64,000 bases of DNA. It comes from an uncultured Roseovarius sp. Its GTDB lineage: Bacteria > Pseudomonadota > Alphaproteobacteria > Rhodobacterales > Rhodobacteraceae. The position numbers and the translations under genes are program-made. Below the pieces are notes generated by a model that was not told the origin of the DNA, searched no databases, and worked only from the letters and a program-made list of their open reading frames with translations. Position 1 is the stretch's first letter, and each line of letters begins with the position of its first letter. The DNA lies in NCBI RefSeq assembly GCF_947489715.1, contig NZ_CANLER010000002.1:265597-329596 (forward strand). The letters run 5' to 3'. Positions 51,490 through 61,010 of the stretch are shown here, piece by piece.

Positions 51490-52779
51490 ATGGCTTTGGA
51501 TACGGAAACCGGCATCGCACCCTACGATGCACCCGAAAAGGACCTTTATGAAGTCGGTGAAATGCCCCCGGTCGGCTATGTTCCCAAGCACATGTATGCC
51601 TGGGCCATCCGCCGCGAGCGTCAGGGCGAACCCGATCAGGCCATGCAGCTGGAAGTGGTTGATGTGCCCCAACCCGACAGCCACGAGGTGCTTGTCCTGG
51701 TGATGGCCGCTGGCGTTAATTACAACGGCATCTGGGCGGGCCTCGGCATTCCGATCAGCATGTTCGATGTCCACAAGGCCGACTACCACATTGCCGGGTC
51801 CGACGCATCAGGCATCGTCTGGGCCGTAGGCGACAAGGTCAAGAGCTGGAAAGTGGGCGACGAGGTCGTGATCCACTGCAACCAGGACGACGGCGACGAC
51901 GAGCATTGCAATGGCGGCGACCCGATGTATTCGCCCAGCCAGCGGATCTGGGGCTATGAGACCCCCGATGGTTCCTTTGCCCAGTTCACCTGCGTGCAGG
52001 CGCAGCAATTGCTGAAGCGCCCCAAGCACCTGACCTGGGAAGAAAGCGCGTGCTATACGCTGACGCTGGCCACCGCGTACCGGATGCTATTTGGTCATCA
52101 CCCGCACGAGCTGAAGCCCGGTCAAAACGTTCTGGTCTGGGGGGCGTCCGGCGGTCTGGGCTCTTACGCGATCCAGCTGATCAACGCGGCGGGTGGCAAC
52201 GCCATCGGTGTCATCAGCGAGGAAGACAAGCGTCAGTTCGTGATGGATCTGGGCGCCAAGGGTGTCATCAACCGCAAGGACTTCAACTGCTGGGGACAAC
52301 TGCCCACGGTGAACACCCCGGAATATGCCGAGTGGTTCAAGGAAACCCGCAAGTTCGGCAAGGCGATCTGGGACATCACCGGCAAGGGCAACAATGTCGA
52401 CATCGTTTTCGAACATCCAGGCGAAGCGACTTTCCCGGTATCCTCTTTCGTCTGCAAGAAGGGCGGCATGGTGGTGATCTGCGCGGGAACGACGGGGTAT
52501 AACTGTACCTTCGACGTGCGCTACATCTGGATGCATCAGAAGCGCCTTCAGGGCTCGCACTTCGCCCACCTGAAACAGGCGGCGGCGGCGAACCAGCTGA
52601 TGGTGGAACGCCGGCTTGATCCCTGCATGTCCGAAGTGTTCCCGTGGGATGAAATCCCGGCGGCGCATGTGAAGATGCGCAAGAACGAGCACAAGCCCGG
52701 CAACATGGCGGTGCTGGTACAGTCCCCCAAGACCGGCCTGCGCACCGTCGAAGACGTGGTCGAAGCCGGAAACAAGTAA
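51490..52779 (+). CDS. ccr: Crotonyl-CoA carboxylase/reductase
   Basis: AGVNYNG, IWGYETPDGSFAQF, WGASGGLG and WMHQKRLQGSHFA motifs. Confidence 0.95.
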   Translation: MALDTETGIAPYDAPEKDLYEVGEMPPVGYVPKHMYAWAIRRERQGEPDQAMQLEVVDVPQPDSHEVLVLVMAAGVNYNGIWAGLGIPISMFDVHKADYHIAGSDASGIVWAVGDKVKSWKVGDEVVIHCNQDDGDDEHCNGGDPMYSPSQRIWGYETPDGSFAQFTCVQAQQLLKRPKHLTWEESACYTLTLATAYRMLFGHHPHELKPGQNVLVWGASGGLGSYAIQLINAAGGNAIGVISEEDKRQFVMDLGAKGVINRKDFNCWGQLPTVNTPEYAEWFKETRKFGKAIWDITGKGNNVDIVFEHPGEATFPVSSFVCKKGGMVVICAGTTGYNCTFDVRYIWMHQKRLQGSHFAHLKQAAAANQLMVERRLDPCMSEVFPWDEIPAAHVKMRKNEHKPGNMAVLVQSPKTGLRTVEDVVEAGNK

Positions 52780-52827
52780 ACACCGTTTTGTCCGCGTCTA
52801 ACCGGGCGCGGCATGAGTGAAATTCGG

Positions 52828-52859
52828 GAACGCCTGCGCAAGCGGGCGTTTCTTTTTTT
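52828..52859 (+). terminator. Intrinsic terminator after ccr
   Basis: GAACGCCTGC-gcaa-GCGGGCGTTT followed by cT7. Confidence 0.8.
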
Positions 52860-52957
52860 GCGTCTTAGGCCACCGCGATGCCGATTTCACTTCAGCATCT
52901 TGCCTCTGCCCGATCCTGTGCTACTGAATTCGCAATTCGGGAATGAAAGACCCTTGC

Positions 52958-54592
52958 ATGACGGCACCAGACGCAAGCGCGCGAAGCTATGATTACATCA
53001 TCGTCGGTGCCGGATCAGCCGGGGCAGTGCTGGCCAATCGGCTGAGTGCGGATGCGCGCAATTCGGTGTTGCTGGTCGAAGCGGGGGGCAGTGACCTGTC
53101 GCCGTGGATCAGGATGCCCATCGGCTATGGCAAGGCCTATTACGACGGGCGTATCAACTGGAAATTCAAGACGATGCCCGTGCCGGGGCTGGGCGGACGG
53201 ATCAGTTACTGGCCGCGCGGGAAGGTCATTGGCGGCTCGTCCTCGATCAATGCGATGGTCTATGTGCGGGGTCACCCACAGGATTATGACGACTGGGCGG
53301 CGGATGCGCCCGGCTGGGGCTGGGACGCGGTTGCGCCGGTCTTTCGCCGGATGGAGGACTGGTCGCGCGGGGCCGATACGCATCGCGGCGCGGGCGGGCC
53401 GTTGGCGGTGCAGGATATCGCTGAGGTGGTGCATCCGCTTTGCCGCAATTATCTTGAGGCCGCAGCCGAGGCCGGTATCCCCTTCAACGCAGATTATAAT
53501 GGTGCCAGCATGGAGGGTGCGGGCATCTATCAGATCACCACGCGCAAGGGGCTGCGCGCCTCAACCGCCGCGTGCTATCTGCGCCCGGCGCTGAAACGGC
53601 CAAACCTGACCGTCGCGCTGCATGCCCATGTCACCCGTCTGACAGTCGAAGACCGCCGCGTGACCGGGCTCAGCTATCACCAGAAGGGGCGCGAACATAC
53701 GGCGCTGGCGGGGTGCGAGGTGATCCTGGCCGCAGGGGCGATCAGCAGCCCGATGATCCTGCAACGGTCGGGCATCGGGGCGGGCGAAATGCTGCGCGAC
53801 AAGGGCATCGACGTGGTGCTGGATGCGCCCCATGTCGGACAGCACTTGCAGGATCACCTGGGGCTCGACAATCTTTACCGCGCCCGGGTGCCGACGCTCA
53901 ATCAGGTGTTGCGCCCGTGGTTGGGGCGGCTGCGCGTGGGTGTGGAGTATGTGCTGAAACGCTCCGGGCCGCTCAGTCTTTCGGTCAATCAGGGCGGCGG
54001 ATTCGTGCGCCTGCGCCCTGGCGACGGGCACCCCGATCAGCAGCTTTATTTCTCGCCGCTCAGCTATACGCGCGCGCCTGTGGGCAAACGCCCGCTGATG
54101 ACGCCCGATCCGTTTCCGGGCTTCCTGCTGGGGTTCAACCAGTGCCGCCCGTCCAGTCGCGGGCATCTGCAGATCGCGTCTGCCGATCCTTTTGCCGCGC
54201 CCGAGATCCATCCGAATTACCTCTCTACCGAAGAGGACCGGCAGGCGATGATCGACGGGATGAAACTGGTACGGCGCATCGCGGCGGCCCCGGCCCTGGC
54301 ATCGGTGATCGAGGCCGAGATGCTGCCCGGCCCGGATGTCACGGACGATGCGGGCATCACCGACTATGCCCGCGACAATGCCTGGACGGTGTTTCACCCC
54401 TGCGGCACCTGCCGGATGGGCAGCAATGCAGCGCGCTCGGTGGTTGATCCGCGCCTACGGGTGCACGGGCTGGCGGGGCTACGGGTTGCCGATGCGTCGA
54501 TCTTTCCGGTCATCACCTCGGGCAATACCAACGCGCCCGCGATCATGGTGGGCGAGAAGGCCAGCGATATGATACTTGAAGACAATATGTGA
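52958..54592 (+). CDS. GMC oxidoreductase (choline dehydrogenase-like)
   Basis: GAGSAG, RGKVIGGSSSINAM, HPCGTCRMG and GNTNAP motifs. Confidence 0.9.
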   Translation: MTAPDASARSYDYIIVGAGSAGAVLANRLSADARNSVLLVEAGGSDLSPWIRMPIGYGKAYYDGRINWKFKTMPVPGLGGRISYWPRGKVIGGSSSINAMVYVRGHPQDYDDWAADAPGWGWDAVAPVFRRMEDWSRGADTHRGAGGPLAVQDIAEVVHPLCRNYLEAAAEAGIPFNADYNGASMEGAGIYQITTRKGLRASTAACYLRPALKRPNLTVALHAHVTRLTVEDRRVTGLSYHQKGREHTALAGCEVILAAGAISSPMILQRSGIGAGEMLRDKGIDVVLDAPHVGQHLQDHLGLDNLYRARVPTLNQVLRPWLGRLRVGVEYVLKRSGPLSLSVNQGGGFVRLRPGDGHPDQQLYFSPLSYTRAPVGKRPLMTPDPFPGFLLGFNQCRPSSRGHLQIASADPFAAPEIHPNYLSTEEDRQAMIDGMKLVRRIAAAPALASVIEAEMLPGPDVTDDAGITDYARDNAWTVFHPCGTCRMGSNAARSVVDPRLRVHGLAGLRVADASIFPVITSGNTNAPAIMVGEKASDMILEDNM

Positions 54593-54604
54593 GGGAGCTG
54601 CCAG

Positions 54605-55705
54605 ATGACACCGATCCGTATCGAAACCTTTACCAATGAATTCGTAGGCTTCGTCCGTGTCACCGATCAAGAGGGTCAACAGGGCTGGGGTCAGGTATCG
54701 ACCTATCATTCGGACCTCACCTGTCAGGTTCTGCACCGGCAAGTGGCGCCCTGGGTGCTGGGGCAGGACACGACCGATCTGGACGATCTGCTGGATCTGG
54801 TGGCCGAGCGCGAACATAAGTTCCCCGGCTCCTACCTGCGCCGTGCGATGGCGGGTTTCGATACTGCCCTGTGGGATCTGCGCGGCAAGCTGGCAGGCAA
54901 GCCGGTTGCAGCATTGCTGGGTGGCAGCGCCGGCACCATTCGCGCCTATGCCAGCTCGATGAAGCGCGACATTACCCCGACGGACGAGGCCGCGCGGATG
55001 ACCCGGCTGGCGGATGAAAAGGGTTTCACCGCCTTCAAGGTCCGCGCCGGGGCCGAGGTAGGGCGCGGTCAGGATGAATGGCCGGGCCGCACCGAAGAGA
55101 TCATCCCGACCATGCGCCAGGCCCTGCCCAACGCCGACCTGCTGATCGACGCCAATTCCTGCTACGCGCCCGCGCGCGCCATCGAGGTAGGGCATATGTT
55201 GCAGGATCACGGCTTTGGCCATTACGAGGAACCCTGCCCCTATTGGGAGCTGGAGCAGACCAAGGAAGTCACCGACGCGCTGGAGATCGACGTGACCGGC
55301 GGTGAGCAGGATTGCGACCTGCCCACCTGGCGGCGGATGATCGACATGCGCGCCGTCGATATCGTGCAGCCCGATATCCTTTATCTGGGCGGTATCGCTC
55401 GGACCCTGCGCGTTTGCAAAATGGCACAGGACGCGGGTCTGCCGGTCACCCCCCATTGCGCCAACCTGTCGCTGGTCACGCTTTTCACCATGCATCTGCT
55501 GCGGGCCATTCCGAATGCCGGGAAATACCTGGAGTTTTCCATCGAAGGCGCGGATTACTACCCGTGGCAGGAGGGTCTGTTTGTCGAAGACCCCTATGGC
55601 ATCGAAGACGGCCACGCCCGGGTCACGGACCAGCCGGGTTGGGGCGTCGAGATCAACCCCGAGTGGCTGGCCCGGTCGCAATATCAATGCTCGGAACTGG
55701 CGTGA
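54605..55705 (+). CDS. Mandelate racemase/muconate lactonizing enzyme family protein
   Basis: FKVR, IDAN, YEEP, GGEQD metal ligands; TPH catalytic His. Confidence 0.88.
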   Translation: MTPIRIETFTNEFVGFVRVTDQEGQQGWGQVSTYHSDLTCQVLHRQVAPWVLGQDTTDLDDLLDLVAEREHKFPGSYLRRAMAGFDTALWDLRGKLAGKPVAALLGGSAGTIRAYASSMKRDITPTDEAARMTRLADEKGFTAFKVRAGAEVGRGQDEWPGRTEEIIPTMRQALPNADLLIDANSCYAPARAIEVGHMLQDHGFGHYEEPCPYWELEQTKEVTDALEIDVTGGEQDCDLPTWRRMIDMRAVDIVQPDILYLGGIARTLRVCKMAQDAGLPVTPHCANLSLVTLFTMHLLRAIPNAGKYLEFSIEGADYYPWQEGLFVEDPYGIEDGHARVTDQPGWGVEINPEWLARSQYQCSELA

Positions 55706-55749
55706 AGCAGTACCCAAGGCGCGATCGATTCCATTTTCATACGCTATAG

Positions 55750-55970
55750 GTGGCCCGCGTGAGGAGAGCCCTGCCGCTTGATTGCGCCAGTCGTTTCTTG
55801 TTCTGGACGGGCCTACGGCCTCGATCGACATTTCGGTGCGGGCACGGATCATCTGCCTGCCGGAATCGTTCCGTGACGATATTGTGCTGATCTATCTCTG
55901 TATCAGCCATGACCTGAGCCTGTGGCGCTAGTGCTGGGACGACATTCTGGCGATGTATCCAGTACGTGTG
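55750..55970 (+). pseudogene. Degenerate fragment of a peptide-type ABC ATPase
   Basis: Frame from 55782 reads LRQSFLVLDGPTASIDISVRARII...IYLCISHDLSLWR*CWDDILAMY (Walker B, D-loop and H-loop relics); stop at 55929-55931; no Walker A. Confidence 0.7.
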
Positions 55971-56070
55971 AACGACGCATGCAAATGGCGGACACATTTT
56001 TGATCATTGGTGCCTTCCAGCGGGGAAATTTAAATCCACCTTTCAATGGAAAAAAGCGCCGCCTTTGGTT

Positions 56071-57135
56071 CTAGAGATCAAAGTCGAGCCAGAGTGTTTC
56101 TGTAGCACAAGGGCGTGACTGGCAGGCGAGGACGTATCCGCGTTCGAGGTTGCGTTTAGACAGGGCCTTGGTCGTCGCCATCTGTACTTTGCCGGATTTG
56201 AGCGCGCTCATACAGGTGCCGCAATGCCCTTCGGTGCAGGATACCGGTGCGTCTATGCCCGCGTCCAATGCTGCCTGAAGCAGGGTCTGGCCCGCCTTGT
56301 AGGGCACCATGTGATCAACGCCATCCAGAGTGAGGCGAAAGTCATTTATCGGCGCCTCTTGTGGGCCGGTGTCTTGCGTGGCGTCAGGGGTCTTTGCCAC
56401 ATCGTCGTCGGGCGACACAAAACGCTCGGTCATGATGTAGGCGCGATCACCGAGGGCGTCGGTCAGCGTGTTCTCGGCCATGTCCATCAGAGGCGCAGGA
56501 CCGCAAATATAAGTGTCCGCATCATGCCAACCCCTGGCCAGCGAGATCACATCCTCTTGTGTCAGGAAGCCGTCGCGATCATCCAGACGATGCACGCAAT
56601 CAAGCCGCCCGGAAAACTTCTTTTGCAGCAATTCCAGCTCATTGTGATAGATGATCGAACTGGCATCACGATTGGCATAAATCAGGCGAACCTGACGCCC
56701 GGTTTCAAGAAGCGCTTTCTTGAGAAGTGAAATGCAGGGGGTGATGCCGCTGCCGCCTGCAATCAATAGCAATGGCGCGTCCCTGTCGCGCAGCACGAAA
56801 CGGCCAGACGGAACGGTTGCCTCGATCCGCGCGCCTGCACTGAGATGATCGTTGAACCAGTTGGACCCACGCCCGTCTTTGACCCGTTTGACACAAATCC
56901 GCATGTCGGGATCAGCACCGGGTGCGCTGGAGAGAGAATAGCTGCGGGTGATATTGCGGCCCTGAAACGGAATGCGAAAGCTCAGGAATTGCCCGGGCGT
57001 GTAGCGAAACAGCGGTGCCTCGCCGCGTTCCGGGACCAGAACAAAGCTTTTGGCGTCGCTGGTTTCTTCCCGGATCGCCTTGACCGTCAGCCGGTAATGG
57101 GCCGGGCCAGTCGCGACGCTTTGATCATTGCTCAT
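56071..57135 (-). CDS. FAD/NAD-binding ferredoxin reductase with C-terminal 2Fe-2S domain (PaaE/KshB-like)
   Basis: RSYSLSS, AGGSGITP, ICGPAP and SCTEGHCGTC...LACQ motifs. Confidence 0.9.
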   Translation of the reverse strand: MSNDQSVATGPAHYRLTVKAIREETSDAKSFVLVPERGEAPLFRYTPGQFLSFRIPFQGRNITRSYSLSSAPGADPDMRICVKRVKDGRGSNWFNDHLSAGARIEATVPSGRFVLRDRDAPLLLIAGGSGITPCISLLKKALLETGRQVRLIYANRDASSIIYHNELELLQKKFSGRLDCVHRLDDRDGFLTQEDVISLARGWHDADTYICGPAPLMDMAENTLTDALGDRAYIMTERFVSPDDDVAKTPDATQDTGPQEAPINDFRLTLDGVDHMVPYKAGQTLLQAALDAGIDAPVSCTEGHCGTCMSALKSGKVQMATTKALSKRNLERGYVLACQSRPCATETLWLDFDL

Positions 57136-57914
57136 GAGAGGTAGATCGGATCACCCTTCTTGACGCGCCCCTCTTGCAGGACTGCTGCAAATACGCCCGC
57201 GTCACCACCATGATTGCGGCTGACATGCTGCAGGAGTTTCGGTGACTCCTCGGATGTATCAGGGTCCAGCGTGATCATCTTGCACCGCGGATCGCGTTCG
57301 ATCACCGCAACCTCGAGCTTGTCCCCGATCTTGATCGTCTTGCCGACAAGCGAGAACTCGAAATAGGGATCTTCCTGATTTTCCCACTCGACATAGAAAT
57401 TCGCCCGGAACCGGCGTTTGTCTACCTCCATCCCGGTTTCCTCGCCCAGTTGCTTGGCGGCAGATGTCGAAAAGATAGATAGAGGGCGGCAATCGTGCTG
57501 GCCCTTTTGTGTTGCGTGAACGCGGAGTTTGCGTCCGGCTGCCTTTTCCATATCGTCGAGAAACGCCTGGCTTTCGATGTCATGGGTCGCCCCTTCGGGC
57601 GTTGTGACATCGACTTTGAAAGCATCCGCATCGGGGTAGACCGGGTAGATGCCAGGCGCTAGCCCTTCGAACGCATCCAGATCCTTGGGCAAGAGCAGAT
57701 CATCGCCATCACGGTATTGCGCTTTGTATAGCACAAACTCTTCCTGATCGCGCCCGGTATGCCAGGGAAAGGCCGGATCACCATCCTCGGCAATCACACC
57801 AAAAACCCGATCGCCCATCAATCCTGCGAACCCCGCGTACGCATGCGGCAATTCTTCGCCGCGCATGCCTTTCACAGGGTAGCGCCAAATGCTCTCAACT
57901 GTCCCAAGCTTCAT
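57132..57914 (-). CDS. MOSC domain (mARC-like) molybdoenzyme
   Basis: IWRYPVKGM, GDRVF, RRFRANF and RCKMITLDP (Mo-ligating Cys candidate); ATGA overlap with the reductase. Confidence 0.88.
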   Translation of the reverse strand: MKLGTVESIWRYPVKGMRGEELPHAYAGFAGLMGDRVFGVIAEDGDPAFPWHTGRDQEEFVLYKAQYRDGDDLLLPKDLDAFEGLAPGIYPVYPDADAFKVDVTTPEGATHDIESQAFLDDMEKAAGRKLRVHATQKGQHDCRPLSIFSTSAAKQLGEETGMEVDKRRFRANFYVEWENQEDPYFEFSLVGKTIKIGDKLEVAVIERDPRCKMITLDPDTSEESPKLLQHVSRNHGGDAGVFAAVLQEGRVKKGDPIYLS

Positions 57915-58341
57915 AAATAGTCTCCCAATGTTTTCTAGAAATCCGATACTCATAAAGTGAAATCGGTGCTCAAAGGAGCGCCGTGAACAAATGTTTATTC
58001 GGCAACCAGCTTAATTCGCCAGTCGGCCACTTTCAGCAACATTTGCAAGTATAGGTAGAATGCAGATGACTGCCAACTGATGCACATGAATGCTAGGCGA
58101 ATAACTGCTGCGACATGCGAAAGAGACATCCGGCGACTGTCGCGGCGAAGTGGGGCTGCTCTCCTTCCGGACATACATACCGTTTGCGAAAATACGCTGT
58201 CCAAGACAATTACGAATGCCAGGATTGCACATCTTTCATCTGTCGCAGGGCATTTACTGGTCTCGTCTTTTCCTGTGAAGTCAAAATCAAGGTTCGTAAA
58301 ATCTCAACCAACTGGTTGGTTGCCATAAGGGAGACTGAGCC

Positions 58342-59778
58342 CTGAGACTATATCTCGCTATTGCGATGATCTTTATTTCGCTGGCCATCCTGGAACTTGC
58401 GCGCCACGACATTGAGATAACACGGTTCAATGTCGGGCAAACGCCGGTCGCGCGCTATGCGGTAGCGGACGCCAAGGGCCCGGCGATCGTTGTTGCACAT
58501 GGGTTCGCAGGCTCACAGCAGATGATGCAGGGCTATGCGCTGCCCCTCGCACGCGCGGGCTATCGCGTCTTTGTTTTTGAGTTTCTTGGCCATGGGCGTA
58601 ACTCTACGCCAATGTCGGGCGATGTTTCGGCGGTGGATGGCACGACGCAGTTATTGATGGAACAGGTAGCAGACGTGATGAATGCCGTTGCGCCGGAGTC
58701 TGGTCCGGTCGCATTGATCGGACACTCGATGGCGACTGATATCTTGGTGCGTGTGGCTGCATCCCGTGACGATGTTGGTCCGCTTGTTTTGATATCGGCC
58801 TTTTCACAACAGGTTGATGACCGCGTGCCCGACGATCTGTTGCTTGTGGTCGGCGCATGGGAACCGAGGTTGCGCCGCTTTGCGGAGGACCGTTTGCAGA
58901 TGGTCGATCCCGAAGCGAGGGCCGGGGACACGGCCACAAACGGCATCGTATTGCGGCGCTATGTTGTCGCGCCCTTTGCAGAGCACGTTTCGGTCTTGCA
59001 AAGTCGCACGGGTCGGCGCGAAACGCTGACATGGCTGGACCGCGCTTATGGGCGTACCTCCGACATCACCATATTGTCGACAGGATGGGCGATCCTTGGT
59101 CTGTTGGGTGGACTGGTGATGCTCTTTCGCCCGATATGTCGTCTGCTCCCGAAACGCGAGATACCTCATCAGTCACTGAGTCTCGGGCAAACTGCTCTTG
59201 TTCTGACGATACCGATGTTAGTCGCCCCGGTAATTGCGGTTACTCTGGATGTCGATGTCCTGCCCGTTCTGGTGGCTGATTACCTGGCGCTGCACATGCT
59301 CGTGTTTGGTGGTGTACAACTCGTATTGTTGCGGATGTGGCGTATCCCGGCAAGCTCCCTGGCCTGGCCTGCGCTCGGCGTGTTGTTGTTGGCCTGCGCC
59401 TTGTTCGGTTTTGCGCTGGATCGATACGCCGCGAATTTCTGGCCGACGGCTGAACGGTTCTGGATCATCGTCGCAATGATGATCGGGACGCTTCCCTATA
59501 TGACAGCCGATGCTATTTTGACCGCCAATCAAACAGTTTTCAGACGGCTTTGGACACGCGCAAGTTTCCTCGCATCGCTTGGGATCGCTGTCGCGCTCGA
59601 TTTCGAGGGATTGTTCTTTTTGATGCTGATTGCTCCCGTGCTGTTTCTTTTTTATGTCGTGTTCGGCGCGATGGGCCGGGACGCTTCAAATCGATCTGGG
59701 CCGCTGTCCTCCGGCCTGGCGCTGGGGATGGTATTGGCCTGGGCCCTTGGTGTCAGCTTTCCAATCTTTGAAGCATGA
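58342..59778 (+). CDS. Alpha/beta hydrolase with multi-TM C-terminal domain; possible CTG start at 58342 (first ATG 58366)
   Basis: HGFAGS, GHGRN, GHSMA and EHVSVL motifs; about seven hydrophobic C-terminal segments; AAGGGAG 8 nt before the CTG. Confidence 0.78.
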   Translation: MRLYLAIAMIFISLAILELARHDIEITRFNVGQTPVARYAVADAKGPAIVVAHGFAGSQQMMQGYALPLARAGYRVFVFEFLGHGRNSTPMSGDVSAVDGTTQLLMEQVADVMNAVAPESGPVALIGHSMATDILVRVAASRDDVGPLVLISAFSQQVDDRVPDDLLLVVGAWEPRLRRFAEDRLQMVDPEARAGDTATNGIVLRRYVVAPFAEHVSVLQSRTGRRETLTWLDRAYGRTSDITILSTGWAILGLLGGLVMLFRPICRLLPKREIPHQSLSLGQTALVLTIPMLVAPVIAVTLDVDVLPVLVADYLALHMLVFGGVQLVLLRMWRIPASSLAWPALGVLLLACALFGFALDRYAANFWPTAERFWIIVAMMIGTLPYMTADAILTANQTVFRRLWTRASFLASLGIAVALDFEGLFFLMLIAPVLFLFYVVFGAMGRDASNRSGPLSSGLALGMVLAWALGVSFPIFEA

Positions 59779-60023
59779 TGGCACAATAGCTGTCATCCTT
59801 CGGCCACCCAAATGGCTGTGTCGCAGCGCGCCGAACCGAAGCTTCGCCGTGTCAGCAAAAGCGTTGAACGCATAAGCCCCACACAAAGCGGAGAAAGCAG
59901 TTTCGGCATGAATTTCCGATATCGGCGTCTAATGGGGCAAAGGCCGCAGATTTGCGGTAAATCGCGAAATTTGCGCCCCAAGGTTTCATATCGCTCTGGC
60001 ACGGCACGCGCGCGCCAGCTCTG

Positions 60024-61010
60024 TCACCGTCGCTTGCAGATCGGCAAGACCAGCGGCGGCTGTTTCGGCAAGGACCGCCTCCATTTATTGATAATCGGCT
60101 GGAGAGTTCGCTTGGGCCAGAATTTGGGCGAGCCGATCGTTTTCAAGCAGGCCGCGTTCCAATAGAGACCGGCGCGAGAAAGAGAATTCCGGTTCTTCAC
60201 CGCATTTGCGACAGCGTTGATATCGCTGGATTCCGGATAGATGTAGAGCGTCGTCGGGTTTCCCTCCACCAGTTCCAGAATGTCCTTGGACGCAGACTGT
60301 GACCAGGTTGTGCAACCGTTGCTGCGACCGCCGGTATAGTTCACCAATTTTCCGTAAGGGACATACCCTTCATTGTCGGCATGGGGGCTTTGGGGATTCT
60401 TGAAGCGACACTGCCACTTCAGGAAAACGGCTGGATGCCCACCGATGGCCCGCTCTCTTGCATTTGCTGTATCACCTTCGCCGTCAAACAACAGGAACGT
60501 GCGATAGAAAGGAATCCTTTTGCCCGATTGACGAAAGTAACCTTTGAACGACGTCCTGGTTTCGGCCGTTAGATAGGATCCCCCCGTTGTCAGCTTCGAC
60601 CCTTCTGCATTGCTGAAATTTTTCGCACATTGGCGGCTGTTCGAGAAATTCGCGCGTTGCAGTTTGCGCCCGTTGCCGTAACCAGACGGAACCGCGCGGA
60701 ACGATTTGCTTGCCTCGCAAATGATATAAAATCGACCTCCCGGTTTGCCATCCCGCGAGGTGCTTGGGCGCGTCGCATCCTTGGCAAGATAGCAGGGATT
60801 CGTGACCGCGCCCTGGCGTAGTTTTCGTTGATATAGCGCACGTGCCCTAGCCAGGACCACCGGGGCGATCTGGTTATCGCCTGTACCAACATGCTTTTGC
60901 AGCCAGGCAGGAATTTCCGAATTTTGTGGCGCCGCCTTAGCTGGTAGTGAACCCGACAAGGCAACAATGATCAGGGCCGCAACGGAGAGACGAAGTAAAT
61001 TCAACAGCAA
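60024..61010 (-). CDS. Murein L,D-transpeptidase catalytic domain family protein (YkuD_2-like), exported
   Basis: Signal peptide (AKA), GYGNG, NAEGSKLTTGG, RAIGGHPA and GRSNGC motifs. Confidence 0.75.
   Translation of the reverse strand: MLLNLLRLSVAALIIVALSGSLPAKAAPQNSEIPAWLQKHVGTGDNQIAPVVLARARALYQRKLRQGAVTNPCYLAKDATRPSTSRDGKPGGRFYIICEASKSFRAVPSGYGNGRKLQRANFSNSRQCAKNFSNAEGSKLTTGGSYLTAETRTSFKGYFRQSGKRIPFYRTFLLFDGEGDTANARERAIGGHPAVFLKWQCRFKNPQSPHADNEGYVPYGKLVNYTGGRSNGCTTWSQSASKDILELVEGNPTTLYIYPESSDINAVANAVKNRNSLSRAGLYWNAACLKTIGSPKFWPKRTLQPIINKWRRSLPKQPPLVLPICKRR

Noticed and set aside
54479-55852. 457-aa minus-strand ORF, and other long antisense or alternate-frame ORFs such as 230-1348, 18558-19691, 24851-25996, 31693-32766, 33222-34451 and 38667-39866
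   Set aside because: Shadow ORFs of well-supported genes in high-GC DNA; no motifs, and typical antisense composition
57954-58330. Short ORFs in the AT-richer spacer (69-82 aa), and similar ones at 27509-27862 and 59793-60002
   Set aside because: No RBS, motif or homology cue; mutually overlapping in several frames
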